Below are positions 28,378 through 38,925 of a DNA stretch of 64,000 nt, one piece after another. The DNA lies in IMG/VR virus record IMGVR_UViG_3300025012_000956, positions 10,538-74,537 of that record; one strand, 5' to 3'. The position numbers and the translations under genes are program-made. The notes under the pieces are model-generated. The model saw only the letters and a program-made list of their open reading frames with translations. It ran no database searches and had not been told where the DNA came from. This DNA is from a virus. Every line of letters starts with the position of its first letter. Position 1 is the first letter of the stretch.

Positions 28378-28844
28378 TTATGAAAAAAATGAATATGTTT
28401 ATAATTAGAATAGAATTAGTACCTCAATTGGCTGATATTTTAGATAGTATAAATGACTTTATAGAAATATTTAAAAAAGAAACCAAAGCAGAATTACGTA
28501 TAATATTTTGGTATAATAAGTCTAGGGTGTTGAAACCAATTGAAGATAAATTTTTAGAATCTATAAATAATAAAATGAAACAATATTCACTTAATATTTA
28601 TGATCATTGTGTTTTTAAAAAAGGAATATTCTGTGATCTATATTTGAGTATTTCAGAAGATGCTAGATCCGGAAAAGATGATAATTGTAAATTTTATTTG
28701 ACTTATTATGACCCAAATTCGTTTATAATAAGTTTATTTGAATTGTTTAGTTTTATTAAAGCAAAACTTAATTATGAATCTCAGCAAGCTATTGACCGAA
28801 ATGTTAGAAAAGTAATATTTTCTAATAAAGTTAAAAATAATTAG
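28359..28844 (+). CDS. Hypothetical protein
   Basis: ORF in the gene train; likely start near 28380. Confidence 0.5.
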   Translation: MPSRSLIMKKMNMFIIRIELVPQLADILDSINDFIEIFKKETKAELRIIFWYNKSRVLKPIEDKFLESINNKMKQYSLNIYDHCVFKKGIFCDLYLSISEDARSGKDDNCKFYLTYYDPNSFIISLFELFSFIKAKLNYESQQAIDRNVRKVIFSNKVKNN

Positions 28845-28911
28845 ACAGAATAGTTACCTTTTTGTACTTTATCTATTAAATTGTAAATTTATAGAGATTA
28901 AAGAGTGGTAA

Positions 28912-29316
28912 GTGCGGTTAGGAATAATAGGAAACAAATATTACTATAAAAAATTAGAAATAAAGGAATTTCTGTGGAAAATAAAACAGAGAAATGATGA
29001 TGAAATTAAAGTTATTTCTATAGGAAGAAAATCCGGCGCAGATAAATATATAAGGGATTACTGTTTACAGTTTAACATAAATTACGGTGAATTTATTCCT
29101 TATCATGAGAACTATAATTCATTTTGTATTGAGGAGAGATATATGTTTTCGCGAGAATATTCTCCAAAATATTATTTTGCTATTTATAAGAGATTTGTTG
29201 ATTATTGTGATAACTTTGTTATATTTGAATATTCTAGTAAACGGGATGATGTGGTAACGAGAATTTTAAAAACTATCAACAAACAAAACAAATACCATGT
29301 AATTTTACAAGAGTGA
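28912..29316 (+). CDS. SLOG/YspA (DUF2493)-like protein
   Basis: LGIIG..ISIGRKSGADKY..YCDNFVIF pattern. Confidence 0.55.
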   Translation: MRLGIIGNKYYYKKLEIKEFLWKIKQRNDDEIKVISIGRKSGADKYIRDYCLQFNINYGEFIPYHENYNSFCIEERYMFSREYSPKYYFAIYKRFVDYCDNFVIFEYSSKRDDVVTRILKTINKQNKYHVILQE

Positions 29317-29351
29317 TATATATATAATTACATATATCTAAGAGGAAACTA

Positions 29352-29564
29352 ATGAATATAGGAGATGAGAAACTAACAACTGTTAGGGTATCTGTAAATG
29401 AATATGATAAATTTAAAATAAACTGCATAAAACAAAAAACAAATTTTAAAAAAGTAGTAGCTAAGATGCTTCATTTGATTAATAATTACGAAGATATAAA
29501 GTACTTGATGACAACTGATATTTTATATGTTTCAGGTAGTTTAAATTTAGGAGATGATGTATGA
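29352..29564 (+). CDS. Small ribbon-helix-helix-like DNA-binding protein
   Basis: LTTVRVSVNEYDKFKINC..NFKKVV; heads the glycosyltransferase gene train. Confidence 0.5.
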   Translation: MNIGDEKLTTVRVSVNEYDKFKINCIKQKTNFKKVVAKMLHLINNYEDIKYLMTTDILYVSGSLNLGDDV

Positions 29565-31009
29565 TAATAAATGGATATGAGTACATACCAAGAGAACAAA
29601 GAAAGCACATATTACTTCTTAGTGATGATCTCCGAATGAGTTCAGGGGTAGGAACAGCATCTAGAACATTTGTTATGGGAACAGCTCATAGATTTAATTG
29701 GTTTCAATTGGGTACTGCAATCAATCATCCAGAGATGGGTAAAAGATTTGATCTATCCCAAGACTTAAATAATAGATTGGGAATAACAGATGCTCAGGTA
29801 ATGGTACAACCTCATAATAATTATGGAGATCCAGACTTAATAAGAATGCTATTACATGAGTTTAAGTTTGATGCAATAATGCACTTCACAGATCCAAGAC
29901 AGTGGCTTTGGTTATATAATATGGAACATGAAATTAGGTTACAAATGCCCATATTTTTTTACCACGTTTGGGATAATTTACCATATCCTGAATATAATAA
30001 AACATATTATCAATCGTGTGATTGGATTGCGTGTATAAGTAAACAAACAGAAAATATTGTAAAGAATGTTTGGAATGAATTTGGACCAGAAGATTGGCAA
30101 GTTACATATATACCCCATGGTATAGATGAAAAAGAATATTACCCCACAACAGAACTAGAACCTGGGTTAAACAGAGAGGTTGAGGGTCATATTAAAACTG
30201 ATTATGATATGATGTTAGATATGAAAAAGAAGATATTTGGAGAAAATGAGTTCGACTTTATAGTATTTTATAATAATAGGAATATAAGAAGAAAAAGTCC
30301 ATCGGATATTATATTGGCATTTGTAGAATTATTAAAATCTTTACCTAAAGAAAAAGCAGATAAGTGTGCCTTACTTATGCACACTCATGTTGTAGATTTT
30401 AATGGTACAGATTTGAATGAGGTTAGGAATATGGTTGGACGTGGCTGGGAAAGAAATATTCATTTTCATGAGACTAAAGTTAATCCTATAGAATTAAATT
30501 ATCTTTATAATATGAGTGATATCACAATAAACATAGCTGCCGCAGAGGGATTTGGATTATCAACTGCGGAATCATTGATGGCGGGTGTGCCAATTTTAGC
30601 AACTGTTACAGGTGGATTACAAGATCAAATGGGATTTAAAGATGAAAACGGAAAATATATAAAGTTTACAAAGGACTTTGGTAGCAATCACGATGGCAAA
30701 ATAAAAGGTACTCATGGTGAATGGGTATTTCCTATATTCCCAGCAGCTAGAAGCTTAGTTGGATCTCCTCCTACACCATATATATTTGATGATAGAGTAC
30801 GATGGGAAGATACGGGAATATTGTTAAGGGAAATTTATGATTTGGGTAAAGATGAATTAAGAAGACGTGGGTTAGAAGGAAGAAAGTTTGTATTAAAAGA
30901 AGAAGTTGGAATGAGTGCTAGCAATATGTGTAATAGATTTATTACTGGAATGGAAAAGGCCTGGGAAAAATGGAAACCTAGAAATAGGTACAGCATAATT
31001 AAATTTTAA
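29561..31009 (+). CDS. GT-B (GT4-like) glycosyltransferase
   Basis: IPHGID, RNIRRK, EGFGLSTAESL..G.PI and TGGLQDQ. Confidence 0.88.
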   Translation: MIINGYEYIPREQRKHILLLSDDLRMSSGVGTASRTFVMGTAHRFNWFQLGTAINHPEMGKRFDLSQDLNNRLGITDAQVMVQPHNNYGDPDLIRMLLHEFKFDAIMHFTDPRQWLWLYNMEHEIRLQMPIFFYHVWDNLPYPEYNKTYYQSCDWIACISKQTENIVKNVWNEFGPEDWQVTYIPHGIDEKEYYPTTELEPGLNREVEGHIKTDYDMMLDMKKKIFGENEFDFIVFYNNRNIRRKSPSDIILAFVELLKSLPKEKADKCALLMHTHVVDFNGTDLNEVRNMVGRGWERNIHFHETKVNPIELNYLYNMSDITINIAAAEGFGLSTAESLMAGVPILATVTGGLQDQMGFKDENGKYIKFTKDFGSNHDGKIKGTHGEWVFPIFPAARSLVGSPPTPYIFDDRVRWEDTGILLREIYDLGKDELRRRGLEGRKFVLKEEVGMSASNMCNRFITGMEKAWEKWKPRNRYSIIKF

Positions 31010-31034
31010 AAATATAAATGAAATATATGAAAAC

Positions 31035-31163
31035 ATGGACAAAATTAAACATTATATAGTATATAAAACAACTAATCTAGTTAATGGTAAAATTTATATA
31101 GGAATACATTCTACTTTTAATTTATCAGACATAAATAATAAATTGGAGTATAATTATGAATAA
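31035..31163 (+). pseudogene. GIY-YIG (Seg-like) endonuclease remnant, 42 codons
   Basis: MDKIKHYIVYKTTNLVNGKIYIGIHST followed by an abrupt end. Confidence 0.7.
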
Positions 31164-32505
31164 ACCACTGTTATTATGTATTTCTCCTGTTAGAGCTCGG
31201 GCCGGGTACGGGTCGCATTCTAGAGATATCGTGCGTTCTTTGATTAAATTAAACAAATATGATATTAAAATTTTAAGTATTCGTTGGGGTACAACACCGT
31301 TAAATGTATTAAAACCTGGTATTGATGATGATATTTTAAGTAGACTTCTTTTAAGACCAGAATTATCTAAGAAACCTGAGATAACTGTTCAAATTTCGGT
31401 TCCAAATGAATATAATGGTGACTTAGGTTTGTTTAATATAGGAATAACAGCTGGTGTTGAAACAACAATTTGTTCTCCTCAGTGGTTAGAGGGGTTGAAT
31501 AGAATGAATTTTAATATAGTGCCATCTAAATCTGCTAAAAGCGTATTTGAAAATTCTGTGTATGGTAAAAAAGATCAAATGGGTAATATAGTTTCAGAAC
31601 TTCGATGTCAGAAGCCTATTTATGTTCTATTTGAAGGTGTAGATACAAATGTATTTAAGAGAAACGAAAATATTACTGGAAATATTAAAAGAAAGTTAAA
31701 TGAATTTCCAGAAGATTTTCTTTTCTTATTTGTAGGTCACTGGTTGAATGGTGAATTGGGTGCAGATAGAAAAGATACAGGTATGTTAATTAAAATATTT
31801 TTGGAAACATTTAAGAATAAATTAAATAAACCTGCACTATTACTTAAGACTGGAAATACTTTTTCTTATACTGAAAGACAGGAATTATTAGCTAAAGTTA
31901 ATAGAATAAAAAATGTGATACAGGGGGATTTGCCAAATATATATATACTGTTTGGTGATCTGACTCAAGAAGAAATGAATGATTTGTATAACCATACAAA
32001 AGTCAAAGTTCATATAACATTTACAAAAGGTGAGGGATTTGGACGTCCACTATTAGAGGCTAGTTTAAGTGAGAAACCGATAATCGCTAGTGGGTGGAGT
32101 GGTCATTTAGATTTTTTGCCAAAAGAAAAAGCAATATTATTGCCAGGTACTATATCCCAAGTTCATCCAAGTGCAGTTTGGAATGGAGTTATTGAACCAA
32201 ATTCTCAGTGGTTTAATGTAAATTATTCATATGCTTCTAACATAATGACTGATGTTTGGAAAAATTATCAGAAATATGTACCTATGGCAAAGTTATTAGC
32301 ACAAGAAAACAAAGAAAAATTTTCATTAGATAAGATGGTAGAAGAATTAGATAAATTATTTAATGAACATGTTCCAAAATTCGCAGAACAAAAAACTTTT
32401 AATATTCCACAGTTACCTCGTTTAACACCAATTAAAATAAAAAATGAAGGTAAAGAAGATAATAAGGAAACAGAAGAAATTAAAGAAGTACAAGAAAAAC
32501 AATAA
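31156..32505 (+). CDS. GT-B (GT4-like) glycosyltransferase
   Basis: GYGSHSRD, FLFVGHW..DRK and KGEGFGRPLLEA..PIIASGWSGHLDF. Confidence 0.88.
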   Translation: MNKPLLLCISPVRARAGYGSHSRDIVRSLIKLNKYDIKILSIRWGTTPLNVLKPGIDDDILSRLLLRPELSKKPEITVQISVPNEYNGDLGLFNIGITAGVETTICSPQWLEGLNRMNFNIVPSKSAKSVFENSVYGKKDQMGNIVSELRCQKPIYVLFEGVDTNVFKRNENITGNIKRKLNEFPEDFLFLFVGHWLNGELGADRKDTGMLIKIFLETFKNKLNKPALLLKTGNTFSYTERQELLAKVNRIKNVIQGDLPNIYILFGDLTQEEMNDLYNHTKVKVHITFTKGEGFGRPLLEASLSEKPIIASGWSGHLDFLPKEKAILLPGTISQVHPSAVWNGVIEPNSQWFNVNYSYASNIMTDVWKNYQKYVPMAKLLAQENKEKFSLDKMVEELDKLFNEHVPKFAEQKTFNIPQLPRLTPIKIKNEGKEDNKETEEIKEVQEKQ

Positions 32506-32516
32506 GGAGAACCAAA

Positions 32517-32750
32517 ATGTATTATATTAATAAAGTTACAAAAATGCTGGTCAATGCTAAAAAATATGATCGTGATGATCCAAAAGTTGAAATATTAACT
32601 GAAAATCATTTGGTTACAAAGTCAATAAAAGAAACGCAGTGGTTAGTTATGATATTGGATTCTGATAAAAACGTAAAAGATGTTATTATATTAGAGGATC
32701 AAATATTTAATTCTACCTTTGAACCATTTAAACAGATATTACACGGATAA
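32517..32750 (+). CDS. Hypothetical protein
   Basis: AGGAG RBS; short ORF. Confidence 0.5.
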   Translation: MYYINKVTKMLVNAKKYDRDDPKVEILTENHLVTKSIKETQWLVMILDSDKNVKDVIILEDQIFNSTFEPFKQILHG

Positions 32751-33216
32751 AATTATGGAAAAACAAAACTGTCCAAGCTGTAAAACAGAAAATGTAATAG
32801 TTGAAAATTTTGAACTTCATAATAAAACAGTGACTACTTTTTTATGCGTTAGATGTGGATATACGTCAAATTCAGAGTATAAGATAAATTCTCCTATAGT
32901 TCAGCAGATATTTGATAATAAAGATACATCTAAATTAATATTAGATTTACATATATTTGATGAAAATACTTCTCTATTTTGGTTTCCAATTGTACTAATG
33001 AAGAATGATGGAGGAATATTTCCAGAGGGTACACTAGAAGATTGGAAATGGTCATATGTGCCTATTATCAAAATAAAAGAAGATGAGAAAGAACAATACG
33101 GTTCAGAATTTGAAACTAGATTTGCGGTTGAATTAAAAGAAGTGTTTGATAAATATGATTTTTTAAGTGCATGTAAAAAATTAGGATTAATTTCCCAAGA
33201 AATAATGGTGGATTAA
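32719..33216 (+). CDS. Zinc-ribbon hypothetical protein
   Basis: CPSC...CVRCGY; likely start near 32755. Confidence 0.55.
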   Translation: MNHLNRYYTDKIMEKQNCPSCKTENVIVENFELHNKTVTTFLCVRCGYTSNSEYKINSPIVQQIFDNKDTSKLILDLHIFDENTSLFWFPIVLMKNDGGIFPEGTLEDWKWSYVPIIKIKEDEKEQYGSEFETRFAVELKEVFDKYDFLSACKKLGLISQEIMVD

Positions 33217-33273
33217 TGCTTAAATATTTTATAATTTTTTATAATTTTTTACAATTTCTCTATATTTATTACT

Positions 33274-33444
33274 ATGAAAACAATACAAATAAAAGAAGAA
33301 ACTCATTCAAAATTTAAAGATTATTGTAAACAGAATAATCTTAAAATCAATAGTTTTATTGATACTATCTTAGATGAACATATGGAGAAATTAATTGAAA
33401 AAGAAAAAAGAAGTTTGGACAAGAATTTGCTCAAATCCAAATAA
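33274..33444 (+). CDS. Small RHH-like protein (56 aa, not in ORF track)
   Basis: MKTIQIKEETHSKFKDYCKQNNLKINSFIDTILDEHMEK, a paralogue of 8906-9067. Confidence 0.7.
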   Translation: MKTIQIKEETHSKFKDYCKQNNLKINSFIDTILDEHMEKLIEKEKRSLDKNLLKSK

Positions 33445-34341
33445 TAATTCTAACTGTAAAAAAATAATAAAATGTAAAAAATCTAAATTTTGTACGAATT
33501 GTTCTAAAGTAGGTAAAAATAATCCCAATTTTAGGAAGCATCCGTCTAAAGAAACTATAAGTAAAATGTCTGAGGCCAATAAAGGTAAAAATAATCCATG
33601 GTTTGGTAGACATCGTTCTAAAGAGACTATAGAAAAGATAAGTAAAACCAAAACAGGAAAACACCATTCAGAAGAAGCTAAATCAAAAATGTCTGAGTCA
33701 CATAAAGGGAAACACCTTTCAGAAGAACATAAGAGAAACATATCTAAGGTGCGCAAAGGTAGACATCATTCTGAAGAAACTAAGAAAAAATATCTGAGGC
33801 ACGAAAAGGTAAAATTTTATCTGAAGAAACTAAAAAGAAATTATCTGATGTAAAAAAAGGTAAATCCGGGAACAGATTAGGAATACACCATTCTGATGAA
33901 ACTAAAAGAAAACTATCTGTTGCGCAAAAAGGTAAAAAGAGAAAACCATTTTCAGAAGAACATAAGAAAAAACTATCTGACGTGGCGAAAGGCAGAGCTT
34001 TATCAGATGAACATAAGAGAAAACTAAGAATAGCAGCTATAAAAAGAATAGAAGAAAATAAATTAAATGGTAATCAACTGTGTCCTTCTTACAATCCAAT
34101 AGCATGTAAAACGATAGACGAGTATGGTAAAGCTAACGGATATTCATTCCAGCACGCAGAAAACGGTGGAGAATTTCGTATACTAGAACTCGGTTACTGG
34201 GTAGACGGATATGATAAGACTCGAAACGTGGTAATAGAATATTATGAGAAAGCACATAAAAATAACATCAATAAAGATGAAAGAAGAAAACAAGAAATTA
34301 TTAATTTTTTAAACTGTGAATTTATAGAAATTAAAGAATGA
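33395..34341 (+). pseudogene. NUMOD3-repeat PD-(D/E)XK endonuclease (repeated family), frameshift near 33785-33790
   Basis: RICSNPNNNSNC, many KGKHHSEE repeats and [17 protein letters not shown]; one A is missing in the A6 run. Confidence 0.75.
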
Positions 34342-34356
34342 TAAACGAGGATTGTT

Positions 34357-34806
34357 ATGACTAATTTTATCGGTGAACATAAAATAAAAAGAATAGAAGA
34401 ATATATACCTACAAAATATAATGATATTGTAGAAGGAAATATTATTTATTTCAAATATAATAAATCTGTACACAATTCAAATCCACATGTGCTGGTTGTT
34501 AACAAGCAGTGGAACCACAAGTTACATGGCCTGGTAATAGATTATATGTCTTTATTAGAACTTCATAAACTTAGGGATTTTATTATTTCTGAAGCAGAAG
34601 AAGTAGAACCTAATACAAAAGATACACTTGCAGCTTCTATATATGAATTAAATAGATCTTCTCAGACACCTCTAACTTTTTATGATACAAGATTAAAGCC
34701 TTATTTGAAACAATATTTTAAAGATAGATCTATCTATAGAACATATGAGATAACAGAGATAGGTAATTTACAATTAGTAAAATATAATTTTGGGAAACTA
34801 ATATGA
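34357..34806 (+). CDS. Hypothetical protein, possibly T4 gp2 (DNA end protector)-like
   Basis: YFKY..P.VLV..GL.IDYM..YRTY pattern; weak. Confidence 0.4.
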   Translation: MTNFIGEHKIKRIEEYIPTKYNDIVEGNIIYFKYNKSVHNSNPHVLVVNKQWNHKLHGLVIDYMSLLELHKLRDFIISEAEEVEPNTKDTLAASIYELNRSSQTPLTFYDTRLKPYLKQYFKDRSIYRTYEITEIGNLQLVKYNFGKLI

Positions 34807-35000
34807 AAAAAATAAAACAATTACAATGCAGATATTCTGGAATTAAATCTAATCGATTTTGGAAAATTATAAATTCTAGTAAAAAAAATAAAGATGAATT
34901 ATATTCTCTTGGGTGTGTTTTACAAAATGTTGAAGATTTTGTTTTACGTAGAATAGAGGAAGCAAATCCAGGTTCAGTTAAACCTGATCAATATTATTAA
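34803..35000 (+). CDS. Hypothetical protein
   Basis: Short coupled ORF. Confidence 0.45.
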   Translation: MKKIKQLQCRYSGIKSNRFWKIINSSKKNKDELYSLGCVLQNVEDFVLRRIEEANPGSVKPDQYY

Positions 35001-35002
35001 AG

Positions 35003-35680
35003 ATGGAGAACAAAATGGAAACAATAAGTTATGCAGTATTAGTAAAAGATGAAGTTGAAGAAATTTCTAGACTTATAAAATTGCTGAGTCAATATAAAAA
35101 TGGTGATGAAATAGTCGTAGTTCAAGATATAAGTACGGAAACTGAAAATACGAAGAAAGTAAAAGAGGTGTTAACAAATTTAATTTTAACAAGTAAGATT
35201 ACAGATTTGTCATGGTATAAATTTGATGGAGATTATTCTAATATTAAAAACTTTTTAATATCTAAATGTGTGAATAATTGGATATTTAATATAGATGCAG
35301 ATGAATATCCAGATGTTTCTTTATTAGACAGTTTACATTCTATTTTAGAATCAAATTCTGGCGTAGAATTATTTTGGGTACCCAGAATAAATATTGTAAA
35401 AGGATTAACAGAACAACATATAAAGGAGTGGCGATGGGTAATGAGTAATATAGAAGGGGTTGCTGATGAACAAGTTGTGAATTTTCCAGATTATCAAGGT
35501 AGAATATTCCGAAATAATAAACAAATCAAATGGAAATATAGGGTACATGAAGTTATAATCGGAAATACAAATTATGTGCAGTTACCACCTGAACGAGAGT
35601 TTGCACTGTGGCACATAAAAGACATACAGCGACAGGTTTTTCAAAACGAATATTATAAAACAATAAAAAGGATTGAATAA
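35003..35680 (+). CDS. GT2 glycosyltransferase
   Basis: ISYAVLVKDE, WIFNIDADE, PRIN, PDYQGRIF and VHE. Confidence 0.85.
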   Translation: MENKMETISYAVLVKDEVEEISRLIKLLSQYKNGDEIVVVQDISTETENTKKVKEVLTNLILTSKITDLSWYKFDGDYSNIKNFLISKCVNNWIFNIDADEYPDVSLLDSLHSILESNSGVELFWVPRINIVKGLTEQHIKEWRWVMSNIEGVADEQVVNFPDYQGRIFRNNKQIKWKYRVHEVIIGNTNYVQLPPEREFALWHIKDIQRQVFQNEYYKTIKRIE

Positions 35681-35915
35681 TATGACTAAATTTTATTACA
35701 TTAAACTTCTCAAATTAAAAATAGATCTTCTTGAAAATTATGATGTTGAATTGGATAAGATAGAGGGAAGATCGTGTGGGGAACTACTAAAAATGAAAAG
35801 TGATTTTTTAATGATTCATATACCAATTGATATCAATTATAAATTACTTGAAGATCCTAGTTTAGCTAGAAATGAAGTTATAATAAATGATAAATTAGTT
35901 CGTTTAAATGAATAA
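35673..35915 (+). CDS. Hypothetical protein
   Basis: Coupled short ORF. Confidence 0.4.
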   Translation: MNNMTKFYYIKLLKLKIDLLENYDVELDKIEGRSCGELLKMKSDFLMIHIPIDINYKLLEDPSLARNEVIINDKLVRLNE

Positions 35916-36864
35916 TAAAAAAATACTTTTTATAACAGAAAATAATTTTGTTGGTAAAGTTCCTAGGAATTATCTTAATATGAGGACTGAATATAGCTGG
36001 ATGCATTCATTAGATGCTTATCATGTGCCCTTATTCGGTACCTGGAATTTAGATAAAGAAGATAATTATGATTTGGGTATAATTATTATTCCAAAAAAAA
36101 TTGAAAAGATGAATAAAGAATTAGATTGGATATCTTTATTTAGAAAATATTGTAAAAAGGTTGCAATTATGCAAGAAGGTCCTGGGGATTTTTTTCACAC
36201 CTATTCTATAGAGAATCAGTTTTTTTATTACAATTTGCTTTTAGATTCTGATTTTTTATTATGTCATAATTCTACTGATGTTCCTTACTATAAAGGGCTG
36301 ACGGGAAAAAATACATACCCATTACAAAGTTTAATGATTACAGATAATATTAAACCACGAGAAAAAGAAACCAAGGTTATGATAGGTGGCACATTTTGTT
36401 CTTGGTATTCAGGATTTGATTCTTATATTGTAGCACGCGAATTTAGCTGTCCTATATTTGCCCCATCTATGGGTAGAAAACAAGCTCAAGAAGATTATAT
36501 TTCTGGCCTAACTTATTTGCCATATATGATTTGGGCTGATTGGATTTATATATTATCGGAATTTAAATATGCAGTACATTTGATGAGAACATATGCAGCT
36601 GGTACGTTTTCACTTAATTGTGCATTTTTATCCATACCTTGTATAGGATATAATTCAATAGATACACAGAATATATTGCATACCAGATTGTCAGTTGATG
36701 AAGGTGATATAGAAGCAGCTAAATATTTAGCTGTAAAACTTAGAGATGATAAAGAATTTTATGAATATCAATCTAGGAAATGTAAAGAGAATTATAATTT
36801 ATTTTATAGTGAAGAAATATTTCTTCGTAAGTTTGATGAAATTCTTATGAGTGAAAATGTTTAA
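35908..36864 (+). CDS. Putative GT-B glycosyltransferase
   Basis: AAGTFSLNCAFLSIPCIG C-terminal GT-B-like motif and gene context. Confidence 0.55.
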   Translation: MNNKKILFITENNFVGKVPRNYLNMRTEYSWMHSLDAYHVPLFGTWNLDKEDNYDLGIIIIPKKIEKMNKELDWISLFRKYCKKVAIMQEGPGDFFHTYSIENQFFYYNLLLDSDFLLCHNSTDVPYYKGLTGKNTYPLQSLMITDNIKPREKETKVMIGGTFCSWYSGFDSYIVAREFSCPIFAPSMGRKQAQEDYISGLTYLPYMIWADWIYILSEFKYAVHLMRTYAAGTFSLNCAFLSIPCIGYNSIDTQNILHTRLSVDEGDIEAAKYLAVKLRDDKEFYEYQSRKCKENYNLFYSEEIFLRKFDEILMSENV

Positions 36865-36908
36865 ATTTTTGTTTTACTTTTTTTGTTTTACCTATATTTA
36901 TATATAAG

Positions 36909-37064
36909 ATGGGAAGAAAGAAACTATATATAACACCCAAGGAGATTAAATTGGCCAACACAAAAAAATCTCTTAAATATTATTATAAAAATAGGACTAC
37001 AATAAATAAAAAAAGAATGAAATTGTATTATGAAAGAAAAGATATTTCGAAGAAATTGTCCTAA
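36909..37064 (+). CDS. Small basic protein (51 aa, not in ORF track) overlapping the nuclease gene
   Basis: MGRKKLYITPKEIKLANTKKSLKYYYKNR...; occupies the RHH slot of the cassette, with its start 121 nt before the nuclease ATG. Confidence 0.6.
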   Translation: MGRKKLYITPKEIKLANTKKSLKYYYKNRTTINKKRMKLYYERKDISKKLS

Positions 37065-37646
37065 TCCAGACAATAATCCAAAATGTAAAAAGAAAATTGT
37101 ATATAAAAATAAAAGATATTATATAAATGGACTAAAGAAAAAAACTGTATGTAATAGTTGCCATTGCTATGGTATACATCCTTCTGAAGAAACAATAAAA
37201 AAATAAGCAAAGGTAATTTGGGTGAAAATAATGGAATGTATGGAAAACACCAAAGTATAGAAACTATAGAAAAAATTCGCGCTCGAGCTAAAAAAAGGTT
37301 TGAGGATCCAAAAGAAAGAGAAAAACAGAGACTTACAGCTATAAAAAGAATAGAAAATAATTTATCAATTGGTGGTCAAATTCAACCATGGTTTAATCCC
37401 AGGGGTTGTCAAATAATAGATAACTATGGAAATAAAAATGGCTATAAATTTAAACATGAAATGAACGGAGGCGAAATTTGTATCAGTGGATATTTTCCAG
37501 ATGGATTAGACGAAGAAAGAAAAACAATAATTGAAATAGATGAGAAACACCACTATGATACACATGGTAATTTAAAAAAGAAAGATGTTGATAGACAGAA
37601 ATATCTTGAAGGTTTAGGTTATAAGTTTATTAGAATTAAAATATGA
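37030..37646 (+). pseudogene. PD-(D/E)XK endonuclease (repeated family), frameshift near 37197-37203
   Basis: MKEKIFRRNCPNPDNNPKC from 37030. ATA AAA AAA TAA would read IKKISKGNLGEN with one more A. C-terminal FKHEMNGGE..GYFPDG..IIEIDEKHH. Confidence 0.75.
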
Positions 37647-38071
37647 AAAAAAATAAAAAAATAATAGGCGTAGTGGCTTCTAGCTTCGACATCTTCCACC
37701 CAGGCCACATAATGATGCTCAAAGATGCCAAAACCATGTGCACATATTTGATTGCGCTGGTACAAATTAATCCCGCTTCGGAAAGACCTGATAAAAATAA
37801 ACCAATTCAGACAATAGAGGAAAGACAGATCATGTTGAAGGGCATTAAATATGTTGATGAAATTTACGTATATACAACTGAGGAACAATTATTAGGTCTA
37901 TTGAAAGTTTTAAATCCTGATGTCCGAATAATGGGTACTGATTGGAAAGGTAAACAATTTACTGGTTATGAACTGAATATTCCTATATATTGGCATGAAC
38001 GCAATGCCCATTCATTTTCGACAACATCATTAAGACGTAGAATATGGGAAGAAGAAAATAAAAAAGGTTAA
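37643..38071 (+). CDS. Cytidylyltransferase (TagD/RfaE-II-like)
   Basis: SFDIFHPGH, EER..L..IKYVD and FSTTSLR. Confidence 0.85.
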   Translation: MKKNKKIIGVVASSFDIFHPGHIMMLKDAKTMCTYLIALVQINPASERPDKNKPIQTIEERQIMLKGIKYVDEIYVYTTEEQLLGLLKVLNPDVRIMGTDWKGKQFTGYELNIPIYWHERNAHSFSTTSLRRRIWEEENKKG

Positions 38072-38073
38072 AT

Positions 38074-38925
38074 ATGGTTATAAGTATTATACATAATCTA
38101 TATAAAAGAAATCCCTATATATTAGAAACCGTTAAGTTAAATATAAAGGCACTTGTTGATGCAGGTGTAGATTTTCAATATATTTTATTTAATGATAGTG
38201 GTGATAGAGAAATAGAAAATGATTTAGAAGATTATTTATCATATTCAATTGCATATGCTGGGTACAAGTTGAAATATTTTTATAGTCCTATAAACTACGG
38301 AATGCATATGTGTGCAGGAGGGTATGTTGGAGCTGAAAAAGAAGGATTAGTTAGAGGAGATATTATACACAACATCGGTCAAGATGATGTAATGACTTCT
38401 TTATTATATTCTAATGCTTTAAAATATTTTAAAACAGAACCTGATTTATACTTTGTAAGTTCAAATGGGTATAGAGTTGATGAATCATTGAGGTTTTTGG
38501 GAATCATGACTGACTTAAGATTTAATTTAGATTTTAGATATCCGTTAGATGCATTTAAATTGTGGTTTGGGATGGCACCTCCAGAATATAAAGTAACGCG
38601 CGCAAATAATTATTTTTTAGCAAGTGGTACCATGTATAGAAAAGAATTACATAATTTAATAGGATATCCAGATTTAGATAATTTTACAGGCGCAGCGGAT
38701 TTTGAATATTGGGCAAGGATATTATTTAATGGTTATAAAGGTCACTATACCCCTGAGCCAAGTTGGTATTATAGAATGTCTAAATATTCTGTTGGTGATG
38801 AAATAGTGGATGGTTTAATAAATAGAGGAACTATGGAGAAACCTGGACACCAACAATTAGCTGTTCAGAGAATAAAAGAACATTTTGCTAAGTTAGTAGA
38901 AGAACAAAAAGAAAGATTTATATGA
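38074..38925 (+). CDS. GT2 glycosyltransferase
   Basis: ILFNDSGD, GQDDV and ADFEYWARI. Confidence 0.8.
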   Translation: MVISIIHNLYKRNPYILETVKLNIKALVDAGVDFQYILFNDSGDREIENDLEDYLSYSIAYAGYKLKYFYSPINYGMHMCAGGYVGAEKEGLVRGDIIHNIGQDDVMTSLLYSNALKYFKTEPDLYFVSSNGYRVDESLRFLGIMTDLRFNLDFRYPLDAFKLWFGMAPPEYKVTRANNYFLASGTMYRKELHNLIGYPDLDNFTGAADFEYWARILFNGYKGHYTPEPSWYYRMSKYSVGDEIVDGLINRGTMEKPGHQQLAVQRIKEHFAKLVEEQKERFI

